Source: Candidatus Saccharimonadales bacterium (GTDB lineage: Bacteria; Patescibacteriota; Saccharimonadia; Saccharimonadales; EFPC-124). From it: a stretch of DNA of 64,000 nt. Made by a program: the position numbers and the translations under genes. Below, one piece after another: positions 30,072-39,492 of this stretch. Under the pieces are notes generated by a model. That model ran no database searches. It had not been told where the DNA came from and worked only from the letters and a program-made list of their open reading frames with translations. Where the stretch lies: positions 562,659 to 626,658 of the forward strand of contig DATIBO010000006.1 of the NCBI GenBank assembly GCA_035457485.1, in the 5' to 3' direction. The first letter of the stretch is position 1. Each line of letters opens with the position of its first letter.

Positions 30072-30509
30072 ATGAATAAAACATACTCGCAGAAACCTGC
30101 TGAAGTGACGCGCAAATGGGTTGTTGTTGACGCTAGCGAAGACAACTTAGGCCGCGTAGCTACTACTGTTGCTAAGTACCTAATTGGTAAATACAAACCA
30201 AGCTACACTGCCCATATTGACGGTGGCGACTTTGTGGTAGTTGTAAACGCTGCAAAAGTTAAAGTTAGCGGCACCAAAATGGACGACAAGATGTACTATC
30301 GCCACTCTGGATTCCCAGGCGGAATTAAAGAACGTACTCTTAAAGAGCAGTTAGAAATCAACCCAGCCAAAGTTATTGAGCTCGCCGTAACTGGTATGCT
30401 TCCAAAAAACAAGCTAGTTGATGGCCGACTAAAACGACTAAAGATTTTTGCTGGCGCTGACCACAATCACGCAGCACAATCACCTGTTAAAGTTGAGGTA
30501 GAAAGATAA
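30072..30509 (+). CDS. rplM: 50S ribosomal protein L13
   Basis: Canonical L13. Confidence 0.96.
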   Translation: MNKTYSQKPAEVTRKWVVVDASEDNLGRVATTVAKYLIGKYKPSYTAHIDGGDFVVVVNAAKVKVSGTKMDDKMYYRHSGFPGGIKERTLKEQLEINPAKVIELAVTGMLPKNKLVDGRLKRLKIFAGADHNHAAQSPVKVEVER

Positions 30510-30904
30510 TGACTAAAAGCTATTTTTACGGGCTAGGCCGTCGTAAATCTTCAACAGCTCGTGCTCGTTTAACAACTGGCAAGGGTCTGGTGACAATTAA
30601 TGACAAAAAAGCCGAAGATTACCTAAGCAGCAACGAAGCTTGGACAGCAGAATTGATCCAGCCTCTTAAGCTTATCGGTAAAGAAAAAGACTTTGATGTT
30701 AGTGTGCGAGTGACCGGTGGTGGTCATGCAGGTCAAGTTGATGCAATTAAGCTTGCTATTAGCAAAGCTTTAGCTGGCATGAACGACGACTTACGTGGAA
30801 CACTAAAGAAAGCTGGCTTGCTTATGCGCGATAGCCGCGAAAAAGAACCGAAGAAATACGGTTTACGCAGCGCTCGCAAACGCGAACAGTTTTCAAAGCG
30901 TTAA
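30509..30904 (+). CDS. rpsI: 30S ribosomal protein S9
   Basis: Canonical S9, ends ...QFSKR. Confidence 0.96.
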   Translation: MTKSYFYGLGRRKSSTARARLTTGKGLVTINDKKAEDYLSSNEAWTAELIQPLKLIGKEKDFDVSVRVTGGGHAGQVDAIKLAISKALAGMNDDLRGTLKKAGLLMRDSREKEPKKYGLRSARKREQFSKR

Positions 30905-30923
30905 TTACAGATTACTACAAATT

Positions 30924-30947
30924 ACCGGCTTGCATGCCGGTTTTTTG
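30924..30947 (+). terminator. Rho-independent terminator after rpsI
   Basis: ACCGGC / GCCGGT stem plus TTTTTT. Confidence 0.75.
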
Positions 30948-30996
30948 TTTTAGCTAAAATCAACCTTGAAAAACCAGGCAACCAAGAGCATACTGT

Positions 30997-32067
30997 ATGA
31001 CGATGAATCTTGTTCAACTTGTAGGAATTGTTTTGTTTGGCTTAATTTTAGCCTTAATTTTTAATATTAATGGGATTCAAAACTCTAATTGGTATCAGCT
31101 GCTGATTGCACTATTGTTAGCAACCGGTCTATATGCAAGCACCTACGGAATAGACCTAAAAGAAGCCAAGCAACACCTTAAGCTAATTTTAAGCGCAGTC
31201 ACGATTGGTGTGTTTTTAAAAGCGGCAATAATTGGGGTTACTTTGTGGTTAGCGTTTCAGGATCCTTTCTTTTTGATACTAGGAATAGTTGTCGCTCAGA
31301 TCGACCCACTGTCGGTATCGGCATTATTGCAAGACAACCGAATGTCTAAAAAGGCAAAAGCGATCCTAAGCTCTTGGGCATCATTCGACGATCCAATGAC
31401 GGTGATATTGGCTATTTACGCCCCAATTATAATCGTGCAGGTATTCGGTAGTGGCGCTATAAATTTATCAACCACAGATGCGAGCGTTGGCTTGTGGTCG
31501 TACATAACCGAGCTAGGACTCAATCTTGGCCTCGCTGCACAGGCCTTTTGTCTGTATACAGTAATTCGATTTTATTCCAAGCAAGTTTCCGCCTGGCTTG
31601 CATTCGGCGTGTCGCTTTTGGTTTATGTTTTGTTAGCAATAGCATTTTCGATATCGGTAATATATTTTATGATGCTAGGCGTAGCCTTAATAGGCTTGTT
31701 CCTACGCCCGCCAATTGAAAAATACATAAATTTGGCAACCAAATACGCTTTGGTGATTGCTACGTTACTGCTGGGTATCCTACTAGTTGGCGGGGTGAAT
31801 ATCGTAGCAGGAATTGCATTAGGATTCATGGCCTACCTAGCGCAAATCATTGTAGGATTCATTTTGACTCGCAAATTACCAAAAAAAGACAGCTGGCATA
31901 TAGCTTTTGCTCAGCAAAATGGTATCACTGCAATAATTTTAGCCTTGGTGTTTGAACCATTACATTCAGGAACTGTTGCTATCGTAGCGCCAGCAATCCT
32001 GGTTGTTAACTGCCTCCACTACATCATAAATATGGTCCTCGACAAACACGTATTAAGTAAAATATAA
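30997..32067 (+). CDS. Polytopic membrane protein, possibly cation:proton antiporter-like
   Basis: About 10 TM segments. 'AQIDPLSV' resembles the CPA-family TDP motif. Assignment is weak. Confidence 0.45.
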   Translation: MTMNLVQLVGIVLFGLILALIFNINGIQNSNWYQLLIALLLATGLYASTYGIDLKEAKQHLKLILSAVTIGVFLKAAIIGVTLWLAFQDPFFLILGIVVAQIDPLSVSALLQDNRMSKKAKAILSSWASFDDPMTVILAIYAPIIIVQVFGSGAINLSTTDASVGLWSYITELGLNLGLAAQAFCLYTVIRFYSKQVSAWLAFGVSLLVYVLLAIAFSISVIYFMMLGVALIGLFLRPPIEKYINLATKYALVIATLLLGILLVGGVNIVAGIALGFMAYLAQIIVGFILTRKLPKKDSWHIAFAQQNGITAIILALVFEPLHSGTVAIVAPAILVVNCLHYIINMVLDKHVLSKI

Positions 32068-32185
32068 TACAATTATGAGCAATAATTCTTGGCAAAAACA
32101 AAAATCCTGGCGACAGTAGTTTTTATTGTAAACTTTTGCCGCCGAGTAGGCGGTTTTTTATTAATTAACGTATAATAAGGCTATT

Positions 32186-33217
32186 ATGAAAACAATCCTA
32201 ACCGGAATCAGATCCAATAACGAACTTACAATCGGCAACTATTTGGGCGCAATTTTACCGATTATTGACATGGCCAAAACCAAAGCAGGCGAGTACCAAA
32301 TAAACATGTTCGTGCCCGACCTACATAGTTTTACTACCCCGATCGACCACACTAAGTTGTACGAGCAGAGTTTAAACAATGTACGAGTCTTTGTCGCTGC
32401 AGGATTACCACTAGGTAACGAAAATATTCATGTTTATCGACAAAGCTACGTGCCAGCGCACAGTGAGCTAACATGGATTTTGGACTGCTTTACCGGTTTT
32501 GGCGAAATGAGTCGAATGACACAGTTTAAGGATAAGTCCGAAAAACTTGCCGAAGATCGAGTTAGCGTGGGCTTATTTAACTATCCAGTTCTTATGGCTG
32601 CCGATATTTTGCTTTACAATGCCGAACTTGTTCCAGTTGGCGACGATCAAGCTCAGCACATTGAATTCGCTCGCGATATTGCCGAGCGCATGAACGCTAA
32701 GTTTGATAGCCTATTTACTGTGCCACTGCCTGTAAAAAAACAGCACGAGTTTTTTGGTAAAGATCAAGGACTGCGTATTCGTGATTTAATGGATCCAACT
32801 AAAAAAATGAGCAAGAGCGACGAAACCGGCAAGGGCGTCATTTTTATGACCGACGCACCAGAAGTTGCCGCTAAAAAAATAATGAGCGCGACAACCGACA
32901 GTCTTGCCGAAATTGACTTTGATATGCAAAAACGCCCAGGTATTAGTAACCTCCTGCAGATTCTAGCCCTGTTTGGCGACCAAGATTTGCAAACCGTGAT
33001 CGCAAAATACAAAGGCCAAACTCAGTACGGCGAGCTTAAGAAAGATGTGGCCAAAGTAGTTAGTGAGTTTTTGAGTAGCTTTCAAAGTAACTTAAAAGCA
33101 GTTAGCGACGAACAAATCTTGACTAAACTTAAACAAAGCGAAGCCAAAATGAATAAAGTTGCCAACGAAACTTTGCTTAAAGTGCAGCAATCCGTAGGAC
33201 TGCGACCCAAAAAATAA
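32186..33217 (+). CDS. trpS: Tryptophan--tRNA ligase
   Basis: Class I motifs (TIGNYLG as a HIGH variant, KMSKS). Length and sequence fit TrpS. Confidence 0.85.
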   Translation: MKTILTGIRSNNELTIGNYLGAILPIIDMAKTKAGEYQINMFVPDLHSFTTPIDHTKLYEQSLNNVRVFVAAGLPLGNENIHVYRQSYVPAHSELTWILDCFTGFGEMSRMTQFKDKSEKLAEDRVSVGLFNYPVLMAADILLYNAELVPVGDDQAQHIEFARDIAERMNAKFDSLFTVPLPVKKQHEFFGKDQGLRIRDLMDPTKKMSKSDETGKGVIFMTDAPEVAAKKIMSATTDSLAEIDFDMQKRPGISNLLQILALFGDQDLQTVIAKYKGQTQYGELKKDVAKVVSEFLSSFQSNLKAVSDEQILTKLKQSEAKMNKVANETLLKVQQSVGLRPKK

Positions 33218-34059
33218 TGCGACTTGACGTTTATTTGGCAACTTACTGGCCCGAGAATTCCCGTGCGACCTGGCAAAAACTTTGTAAAACTGGCCACGTT
33301 TTAGTAAACGGCAAAGTTGAAACATCACCAAAAGCTGAGATTGGTGAAGACGATGAAGTTAAAATTGTCGAAACAGAGAAAGTCGATTTTACTGGTCAAA
33401 CATTGCCAGTCATCTACGAAGACGATGATGTAATAGTAATAAACAAACCGTCAGGCGTTCTAACACACGCGAAAGGCGAACTTAACGACGAGTTTACTGT
33501 TGGCGAGTTTATGAAACCCCGTACTACTGACGGCGCCGGAACAAACCGGCCCGGAATCGTGCATAGGTTAGATCGCGAGACATCGGGTGTAATAATTGCC
33601 GCAAAAAATAACGAGTCAAAACGTTGGCTGCAAAAGCAGTTCGCCACGCGGAAAGTTAAAAAAACGTACATGGCGCTTGTTGAGGGTAGGCCAAAAGAAC
33701 ATTCGGCAAACATTGATTTACCAATTTTGCGGAATCCCAAAAAACCACAAACTTTTAAGGTAGATCCTAACGGTAAGCCAGCGCAAACATTTTACGACAC
33801 TGTAGAAAACTTTAAAAGTTACACTTTATTGCGTCTAAAACCGTTCACCGGACGAACCCACCAGCTTCGAGTACACTTAAATTACATCGGTTGCCCGATT
33901 GTTGGCGATAAACTCTACGGTCACGAACCACCTAAAGCGTTAGGTAGACTATTCTTGCATGCCGCCGAGCTAGAACTAACTTTACCTAATCGCGAGCGCA
34001 AGGTTTTTAAGGCCGAATTGCCACCCGAACTACAAAACTTTTTAAAAAACTTAAAATAA
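33217..34059 (+). CDS. RluA-family 23S rRNA pseudouridine synthase (S4 domain plus catalytic HRLDRETSG)
   Basis: Motif HRLDRETSGVI; N-terminal S4-like domain. Confidence 0.85.
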   Translation: MRLDVYLATYWPENSRATWQKLCKTGHVLVNGKVETSPKAEIGEDDEVKIVETEKVDFTGQTLPVIYEDDDVIVINKPSGVLTHAKGELNDEFTVGEFMKPRTTDGAGTNRPGIVHRLDRETSGVIIAAKNNESKRWLQKQFATRKVKKTYMALVEGRPKEHSANIDLPILRNPKKPQTFKVDPNGKPAQTFYDTVENFKSYTLLRLKPFTGRTHQLRVHLNYIGCPIVGDKLYGHEPPKALGRLFLHAAELELTLPNRERKVFKAELPPELQNFLKNLK

Positions 34060-34877
34060 TGCATGATCTACTAATTAATAATTTTACAAAGCAAACGCTG
34101 CAGAATATTGCAAAGGACCCTCCTCACGCTTTGTTATTTGCTGGACCCCTGGGGGTTGGTAAGTTAACATTGGCTAAAGCCTGGGCCAAAAGTTTAAATG
34201 CATTTGCCGAAGTTGTGGAACCTGAAGAAAAGGGAAGTATTACTATAGAAACAGTTCGGAGTTTGTACAGAAAAACCAGCGGCAAACAAGCTGAGCGGCA
34301 AGTGATAATAATTGATCATGCCGAAACAATGGGGGTCGAGGCACAGAATGCATTCTTAAAATTACTTGAAGAGCCGCGACAGAACGTGACTTTTATTTTG
34401 ACTGCCATAAGCGCTCAGCAGCTACTTGCAACGATTAACTCACGACTTCAAACGGTGAGCGTTAACCCGGTTAGTCCTAACGATCTCAAAAAGCTAATAG
34501 CAAAAAAGTCGCCTAAGCTGTCCCCGCAAGAAACGGCTCAAATTTTGTTTATAGCACAAGGCAGGCCGGCAATTTTAAACAGGATTTTAGCCGACAACAC
34601 CGTTTTAGAGCAATACAAAAACATTATGCAATCCGCTAAAAAGTTGATTAGCGAAACACAGTATGATCGTTTGGCTACAGTTAACGACCTAGTTAAAGAC
34701 AAGGGCACTTTAATAGCGACACTCGAGGCAATGATCACAATGACAGCTATGCAAATTACAAAATCTCCAAACGAGCGCTGGTTTAAATTGGCAGATTCTC
34801 TCGAGGAATGCCTGCAAAGTTTGCTGCAAAATGGCAACCCTCGCGCACAACTTGTTAATTTTTTCTTGAGTTATTAG
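34059..34877 (+). CDS. holB: DNA polymerase III subunit delta'
   Basis: GPLGVGK P-loop variant; IIDHAE...AQNAFLKLLEEP. Confidence 0.75.
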   Translation: MHDLLINNFTKQTLQNIAKDPPHALLFAGPLGVGKLTLAKAWAKSLNAFAEVVEPEEKGSITIETVRSLYRKTSGKQAERQVIIIDHAETMGVEAQNAFLKLLEEPRQNVTFILTAISAQQLLATINSRLQTVSVNPVSPNDLKKLIAKKSPKLSPQETAQILFIAQGRPAILNRILADNTVLEQYKNIMQSAKKLISETQYDRLATVNDLVKDKGTLIATLEAMITMTAMQITKSPNERWFKLADSLEECLQSLLQNGNPRAQLVNFFLSY

Positions 34878-34897
34878 TGATATAATAAAGTTCGAGT

Positions 34898-35566
34898 ATG
34901 TTTAGTATTCCATTAATTGCAATATTCGGCGGCATCAGCATTTGGCTTTTTACAAGGTCAACTACTGAAGTTAAAGGCCAGCAACTACCCGAGCGAATTA
35001 CCGAAAAGCTCGACAAACTTTGGCAAATTGCGCAGGAAGGCCTGCAGGAGCAAAAATATCTACGCGCCGAAAAGGCTTTGCTTACGATTTTGCGTGTAGA
35101 TGAGCGTAACGCTGCCGCTTACAACCGACTTGGGATCTTATACGCAAAGCAACGCGCTTTTAATGACGCAATCGAATGTTTTGAAATTGCGCAGAGCTTG
35201 GAGCCTAGTGCGTCGAGCTTGCACAACGTTGGTTTAATCTACTACGAGACTGGTCAGTACGAAAAGGCTGCTCTGGCTTTCGAGCAAGCAATCGAGATGG
35301 AAAGTGAGCTCTCGGCCCGACAAGTGGCATATGCTAAAGTTCAAGAAAAGCTTGGGAACAACAAAAAAATGATCGAAGCACTAGAAAAGGCAGTCGAACT
35401 TGAGCCGCACCCACAATCACTTAAGATTCTGGCCGACGCATACGAACGAATAGGCGAAATGGAACTTGCAGAGACCATCAAAAAGAAAATAGAAAAAATA
35501 ATCGCCTCGCCTCAGCCACAGCAACTGCCAAAGCAAATTCAGCAGCCTCGACGCATGGTAATGTAG
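34898..35566 (+). CDS. TPR-repeat protein with N-terminal TM anchor
   Basis: Repeated TPR consensus (AxxYNxLGxxY...). Confidence 0.75.
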   Translation: MFSIPLIAIFGGISIWLFTRSTTEVKGQQLPERITEKLDKLWQIAQEGLQEQKYLRAEKALLTILRVDERNAAAYNRLGILYAKQRAFNDAIECFEIAQSLEPSASSLHNVGLIYYETGQYEKAALAFEQAIEMESELSARQVAYAKVQEKLGNNKKMIEALEKAVELEPHPQSLKILADAYERIGEMELAETIKKKIEKIIASPQPQQLPKQIQQPRRMVM

Positions 35567-36294
35567 TGGACGATTACGATCAAATTTTTGGCGATAAGAA
35601 AACCGTTTTAGTGGTTACCGCCCACCCTGACGACCTGGACGCCATGTGCGGCGGAACTGTCGCCAGACTCACTGCAGACGGTAAACGCGTAATAAGTATC
35701 AAGACGACAACCGGAAATAATGGTTCGCGCGATAGTAAAATTAGCCCTGCATTTTTAGCTAAAAAGCGACAAACAGAGGACGCGAGAGCAATGAAAACGC
35801 TAGGCTTGGATCCGCGTGATTCTGTAAATCTTGGCTTTGATGATGGGTCTATCGAGAACTCTAAAGAGGTGGTTGAACGAATTAGTTACTATATTCGCAA
35901 ATTTCAGCCGCAAATTATAATCACCCTCAACCCAGAAAAAATTTTGATTAGCAAGCAAGGTAAAACTTGGGTTAATCACCGCGATCATCGCAACACTGCT
36001 GCAGCGACAGTTGATGCGACCTACCCGTTTAGTCGTGATCTGTCATTTTTTGCAAAGCAATTTGATGACCCAAAAATCAAACCTTCAAAGTGTAACGAAA
36101 TACTCTTCGCAGACTACTGTCCCGGTGAAAAGCAAGTAAAAATCAAAATCGATGATTTTACTGGGCAAAAGCAAAAGGCACTAGAATCCCATGCCTCACA
36201 GTTTAACGAAGAAGCAGTTAAAGACGTGATGAATATCTATAGCGTCAAGCAGAGCGACTCAACTTTTGAATCTTTCAGACACGTGAGCTTTTGA
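35566..36294 (+). CDS. PIG-L/LmbE-family N-acetylglucosaminyl deacetylase
   Basis: VVTAHPDDLDAMCGGT signature. Confidence 0.8.
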   Translation: MDDYDQIFGDKKTVLVVTAHPDDLDAMCGGTVARLTADGKRVISIKTTTGNNGSRDSKISPAFLAKKRQTEDARAMKTLGLDPRDSVNLGFDDGSIENSKEVVERISYYIRKFQPQIIITLNPEKILISKQGKTWVNHRDHRNTAAATVDATYPFSRDLSFFAKQFDDPKIKPSKCNEILFADYCPGEKQVKIKIDDFTGQKQKALESHASQFNEEAVKDVMNIYSVKQSDSTFESFRHVSF

Positions 36295-36336
36295 TCTTGA
36301 AAAAACGGGTCAAATGCGATAAAATCTTAGAGTCAT

Positions 36337-36412
36337 GCCGGCATAGCTCAGTGGCCAGAGCGGCTGTTTTGTAAACAGCGGGTCGTGGGTTCAAATCCCT
36401 CTGCCGGCTCCA
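36337..36412 (+). tRNA. tRNA-Thr (anticodon UGU), CCA encoded
   Basis: Manual cloverleaf fold. Anticodon loop is TTTGTAA. One U-U mismatch in the T stem. Confidence 0.85.
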
Positions 36413-36417
36413 TATTA

Positions 36418-36503
36418 GCCGAGATAGCGAAGTGGTCAAACGCATCTGACTGTAAATCAGACGACTTATGTCTTCGGGGGTTCGACTCCCTCTCTCGGCA
36501 CCA
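36418..36503 (+). tRNA. tRNA-Tyr (anticodon GUA), long variable arm, CCA encoded
   Basis: Manual cloverleaf fold. Anticodon loop is CTGTAAA. Confidence 0.88.
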
Positions 36504-36516
36504 AGAGTTATAAATT

Positions 36517-36678
36517 ATGAAAAAGAACTCAACAATCGTAATAATTTTAGGGGTAAGCATAGCTTTAATTATTGCTGCTGTCGGCTTCATTTTCTACAAA
36601 CAAAAACAAGTTGATCAGGGCTGCACTACGTACTACAACTCAAGTGGCGAAGAACTGTACAAAGACTGTATCAATTAG
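36517..36678 (+). CDS. 53-aa small membrane-anchored or secreted peptide with two C-terminal Cys
   Basis: MKKNSTIVIILGVSIALIIAAVGFIFYKQKQVDQGCTTYYNSSGEELYKDCIN. Weak AAGAG RBS. Below the ORF-track cutoff. Confidence 0.4.
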   Translation: MKKNSTIVIILGVSIALIIAAVGFIFYKQKQVDQGCTTYYNSSGEELYKDCIN

Positions 36679-36762
36679 TAAGTAGCTATTGCTTTTTACT
36701 GTTTTAATGATATTATTAATCAAATTAAGCTAATTGGCTTAATTCCGCTGTAAGGAGGCAGC

Positions 36763-37176
36763 TTGGCTCAGCCGCCAAGAATTGTGGTGACCGTGCCCTG
36801 GCAAATGAGTATCGCTGTAGGGAAGATCGCCCCAATAAGACCGTATTCGCTAGAACAACCCGCGATTGGTGATTCCTTCACACGAGAAGTCGCTGCGCGG
36901 TTGATCCGCCAGTCCCTGAGAATGGGGCAATGGTGCGGCGTTAGGCTAGAAGACATAGTGCGAATTGCCGAGGAGGAAATTCGGGAGCGTGACGCACATG
37001 TCGAAAGCCTGGTGTATTCGCACGGAGTTAATTGGATTGCAAGTAAGATGTATCGACTAGTCGATACAGGCATGGTCGGGGTGCTCGACGAACGCTTCAA
37101 CTACTTCGCCCCCACAGACTATTTAACGCGACTACTGCCTAAACGCAGACCACACAACGCACGCTGGAATCAGTAA
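36763..37176 (+). CDS. Hypothetical protein (137 aa), moderately GC-elevated
   Basis: TTG start 6 nt after AAGGAGG. GC-rich hairpin terminator at about 37185-37212. No family recognised. Confidence 0.55.
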   Translation: MAQPPRIVVTVPWQMSIAVGKIAPIRPYSLEQPAIGDSFTREVAARLIRQSLRMGQWCGVRLEDIVRIAEEEIRERDAHVESLVYSHGVNWIASKMYRLVDTGMVGVLDERFNYFAPTDYLTRLLPKRRPHNARWNQ

Positions 37177-37268
37177 CAGCAAGGGCGCACGACTTCGGTA
37201 CGGCGCCCTTTGACACCTAAGACTTGAGAATTTTGCCAAAAAAAGGTAAAATAACCCCTGTTGCATAC

Positions 37269-37343
<75 letters not shown>

Positions 37344-37345
37344 CG

Positions 37346-37374
37346 TTGTAATCAATGGTTTTATCTGTTATAAT
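37346..37374 (+). promoter_or_regulatory. Promoter of rpmG (TTGTAA-17-TATAAT, TGn-extended)
   Basis: Read directly. Confidence 0.5.
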
Positions 37375-37405
37375 TTAAGTCAACTGTTAATATTTAAGGT
37401 TTAAA

Positions 37406-37606
37406 ATGGCTAAAAAAAGCGAAAAACGTAAGATTGTCGGACTTGTTAACGCAGCTGGCGAACGTCATTACTACACTACAAAAAACACCCAGAACACCCC
37501 TGGTAAACTTGAAATGATGAAATACAACCCAACTACTCGCAAACGCGAGCTTTACAAAGAATCTGCTAAAAACTTGGGTCGTAACGAAGTTAAAAAACGC
37601 AAATAG
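37406..37606 (+). CDS. rpmG: 50S ribosomal protein L33, Cys-free form
   Basis: L33-like (..YYTTKN..KLEMMKYNPTTRK..), no Cys, basic C-terminal tail. Confidence 0.85.
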   Translation: MAKKSEKRKIVGLVNAAGERHYYTTKNTQNTPGKLEMMKYNPTTRKRELYKESAKNLGRNEVKKRK

Positions 37607-38233
37607 CTATTCTGGCAATTTTGTACTATCTAATTGGGCCGCCATCCAGGAGCCCAATTTTAGTATGTTTTCGAGTAGGCGCATATTAATATGAGTATCT
37701 TTTGCATAAATAAATAGTTGATCGTCGTTTATTTCAACATCTAAATGCCTAAAGTTTTGTGTTAAGGTATTCACTATAGCTGGCGAAAGAAGCATTCTGG
37801 CGGCAGGATATCGAACCGGATCAATTAGAACAGTTGCACCTACATCAGTAAAAGCACCACTCATATCTTTTAGCTTTGTGAATCCAACGGCTAAATTGGC
37901 AAAAAATGTTTCATCATGGTGCTGGTTGTCAATAAAAATATGCGGTAAGTTGGATTGCTTTAGATCAAACTGAAAAATAAGCCATTTATAGTTAACAGTC
38001 GCTTTTCCTGGAAAGTGCAGGGTGTTAGTACGTTGCAGCAGAATAACGTCGTGGCCTTCAAAGTAACCAACGGTGTAGAAGTTGTCTTCGTGACTCGTGC
38101 TGGCTGTCGCCCCTAAAACCATGGTATGGTCGTCTTGCAACCCCACGTGCCCAAAGTAAACAAAGTGAAGCTTGTCAGCAAATTTTTTAACAACAAGCTT
38201 AGTAGTAAAATGTTTTACTTTTTGCACCACCAT
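37607..38233 (-). CDS. Hypothetical protein (208 aa)
   Basis: Long ORF at background GC. No family recognised. Confidence 0.55.
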   Translation of the reverse strand: MVVQKVKHFTTKLVVKKFADKLHFVYFGHVGLQDDHTMVLGATASTSHEDNFYTVGYFEGHDVILLQRTNTLHFPGKATVNYKWLIFQFDLKQSNLPHIFIDNQHHDETFFANLAVGFTKLKDMSGAFTDVGATVLIDPVRYPAARMLLSPAIVNTLTQNFRHLDVEINDDQLFIYAKDTHINMRLLENILKLGSWMAAQLDSTKLPE

Positions 38234-38305
38234 TTGATCTTAGTATAGCAAGCTGTGCACGCAGGGCAAAGTTGCACAATTTAACTAAAATTGTATAATT
38301 AGCTC

Positions 38306-39277
38306 ATGCCAGAGGTAATATCTACAAGAACAATCTCTAATTTAGGCTTGAGTAACCGCCGTAGGTTTTTTAGTGGAATCAAGAGTACTCGGAAGTTTAT
38401 TGAGCGCGCAGGCGCCGACGGTTTAGCTTGGACACCACTAAATTCGCGCTTAACTAGCGAACTAAGGCGAGAAATTGCCGCGGGCCGGTTTGAAAATACT
38501 GTTGGACGAGTAGCACTAATAGCCTCAATGGATCAAACTTTTGCGCAAACCGCCGAGCAAAGCCGGGCGAACTATCTGGAACGCAAAGCAAGCGGTGAAA
38601 GTTATGTGCGGCGCGCTTTAAAGCTCGGACGCGAAGCCGTAGAGCGCTGCATAATGCCACCGTCACAAGAATCTATGAACGACATAAAAATGGTCGCTGA
38701 AGCCGATGGCCAAAGTTACATTCTTACAAACTTATATGTTGGTCGCTACGACCTTACCGACACCATGACAGCTCCGTTTGATTCGTCGGTTCAACTGACC
38801 CCAGACGTACTTGAAGAGCTGGGCGTAGCAGAAATGCAGCATCTACCAGACCAACTAGACGAGCATGGAATTTACAATCTTTCGTTTAGCGGCTACAACG
38901 CCGAGCGCAACTCGCTGACCGGTAAAACACAAATGCCTGACTGGCGCGAATGGCTACCCGAATACGCCCAAATGGGCTACATAAAACAGATCGCAATTAG
39001 CCTTAACCGAACCGATCTACCAAGTCAAACCGGCGAACAAGCTGCAAAAAATACCCACACCCTAGGCCACGAGCTAGTCAAGGACGAGCCAGACTTAACT
39101 AGGTTAGGCGACCTACCAGAGCAGCTACGTACAATCGTAGAAAACTCATTTTTTAACAGAAAGCTACACGTAAACTTGCGCGGCAACCTGCACAAATACA
39201 AACCAGATCAAATTCGTAAAATCTTTGAAAACATCGAAAAAATCGCCGGCCTACGACGACCAGGCGAACTGTTATAG
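38306..39277 (+). CDS. Hypothetical protein (323 aa), apparently leaderless mRNA
   Basis: TTGCAC-16-TATAAT (38272-38299) ends 6 nt before the ATG. Confidence 0.55.
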   Translation: MPEVISTRTISNLGLSNRRRFFSGIKSTRKFIERAGADGLAWTPLNSRLTSELRREIAAGRFENTVGRVALIASMDQTFAQTAEQSRANYLERKASGESYVRRALKLGREAVERCIMPPSQESMNDIKMVAEADGQSYILTNLYVGRYDLTDTMTAPFDSSVQLTPDVLEELGVAEMQHLPDQLDEHGIYNLSFSGYNAERNSLTGKTQMPDWREWLPEYAQMGYIKQIAISLNRTDLPSQTGEQAAKNTHTLGHELVKDEPDLTRLGDLPEQLRTIVENSFFNRKLHVNLRGNLHKYKPDQIRKIFENIEKIAGLRRPGELL

Positions 39278-39313
39278 AAAATCGCCGTAAAAAAGTGTAT
39301 AATACAGCAGTCG

Positions 39314-39389
39314 TAGGGGCATAGTACAACGGTTAGTATAAAGGTCTCCAAAACCTTAGATCGTGGTTCGATTCCACGTGCCCCTGCCA
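39314..39389 (+). tRNA. tRNA-Trp (anticodon CCA), CCA encoded
   Basis: Manual cloverleaf fold. Anticodon loop is CTCCAAA. GTGTATAAT promoter lies upstream. Confidence 0.88.
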
Positions 39390-39492
39390 TGAATTTTCAC
39401 AAAGTCTACAGATGTAAGTGTAGACTTTTTTGCTACGAAAAAAGTTTGATTTTCATTCTCTCCTCCGGTTCGTTGCTATAATCTCTTAAGAC

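Noticed and set aside
32068-32185. Possible T-box leader upstream of trpS.
   Set aside because: The gap is only about 118 nt and is largely taken up by the upstream terminator and the TATAAT promoter. There is no room for a T-box fold.
34885-34897. 'AAAGTTCGAGT' upstream of the TPR gene resembles part of the 17-nt micro-ORF box.
   Set aside because: It is only an 11-nt partial match with no associated micro-ORF, so it is likely chance.
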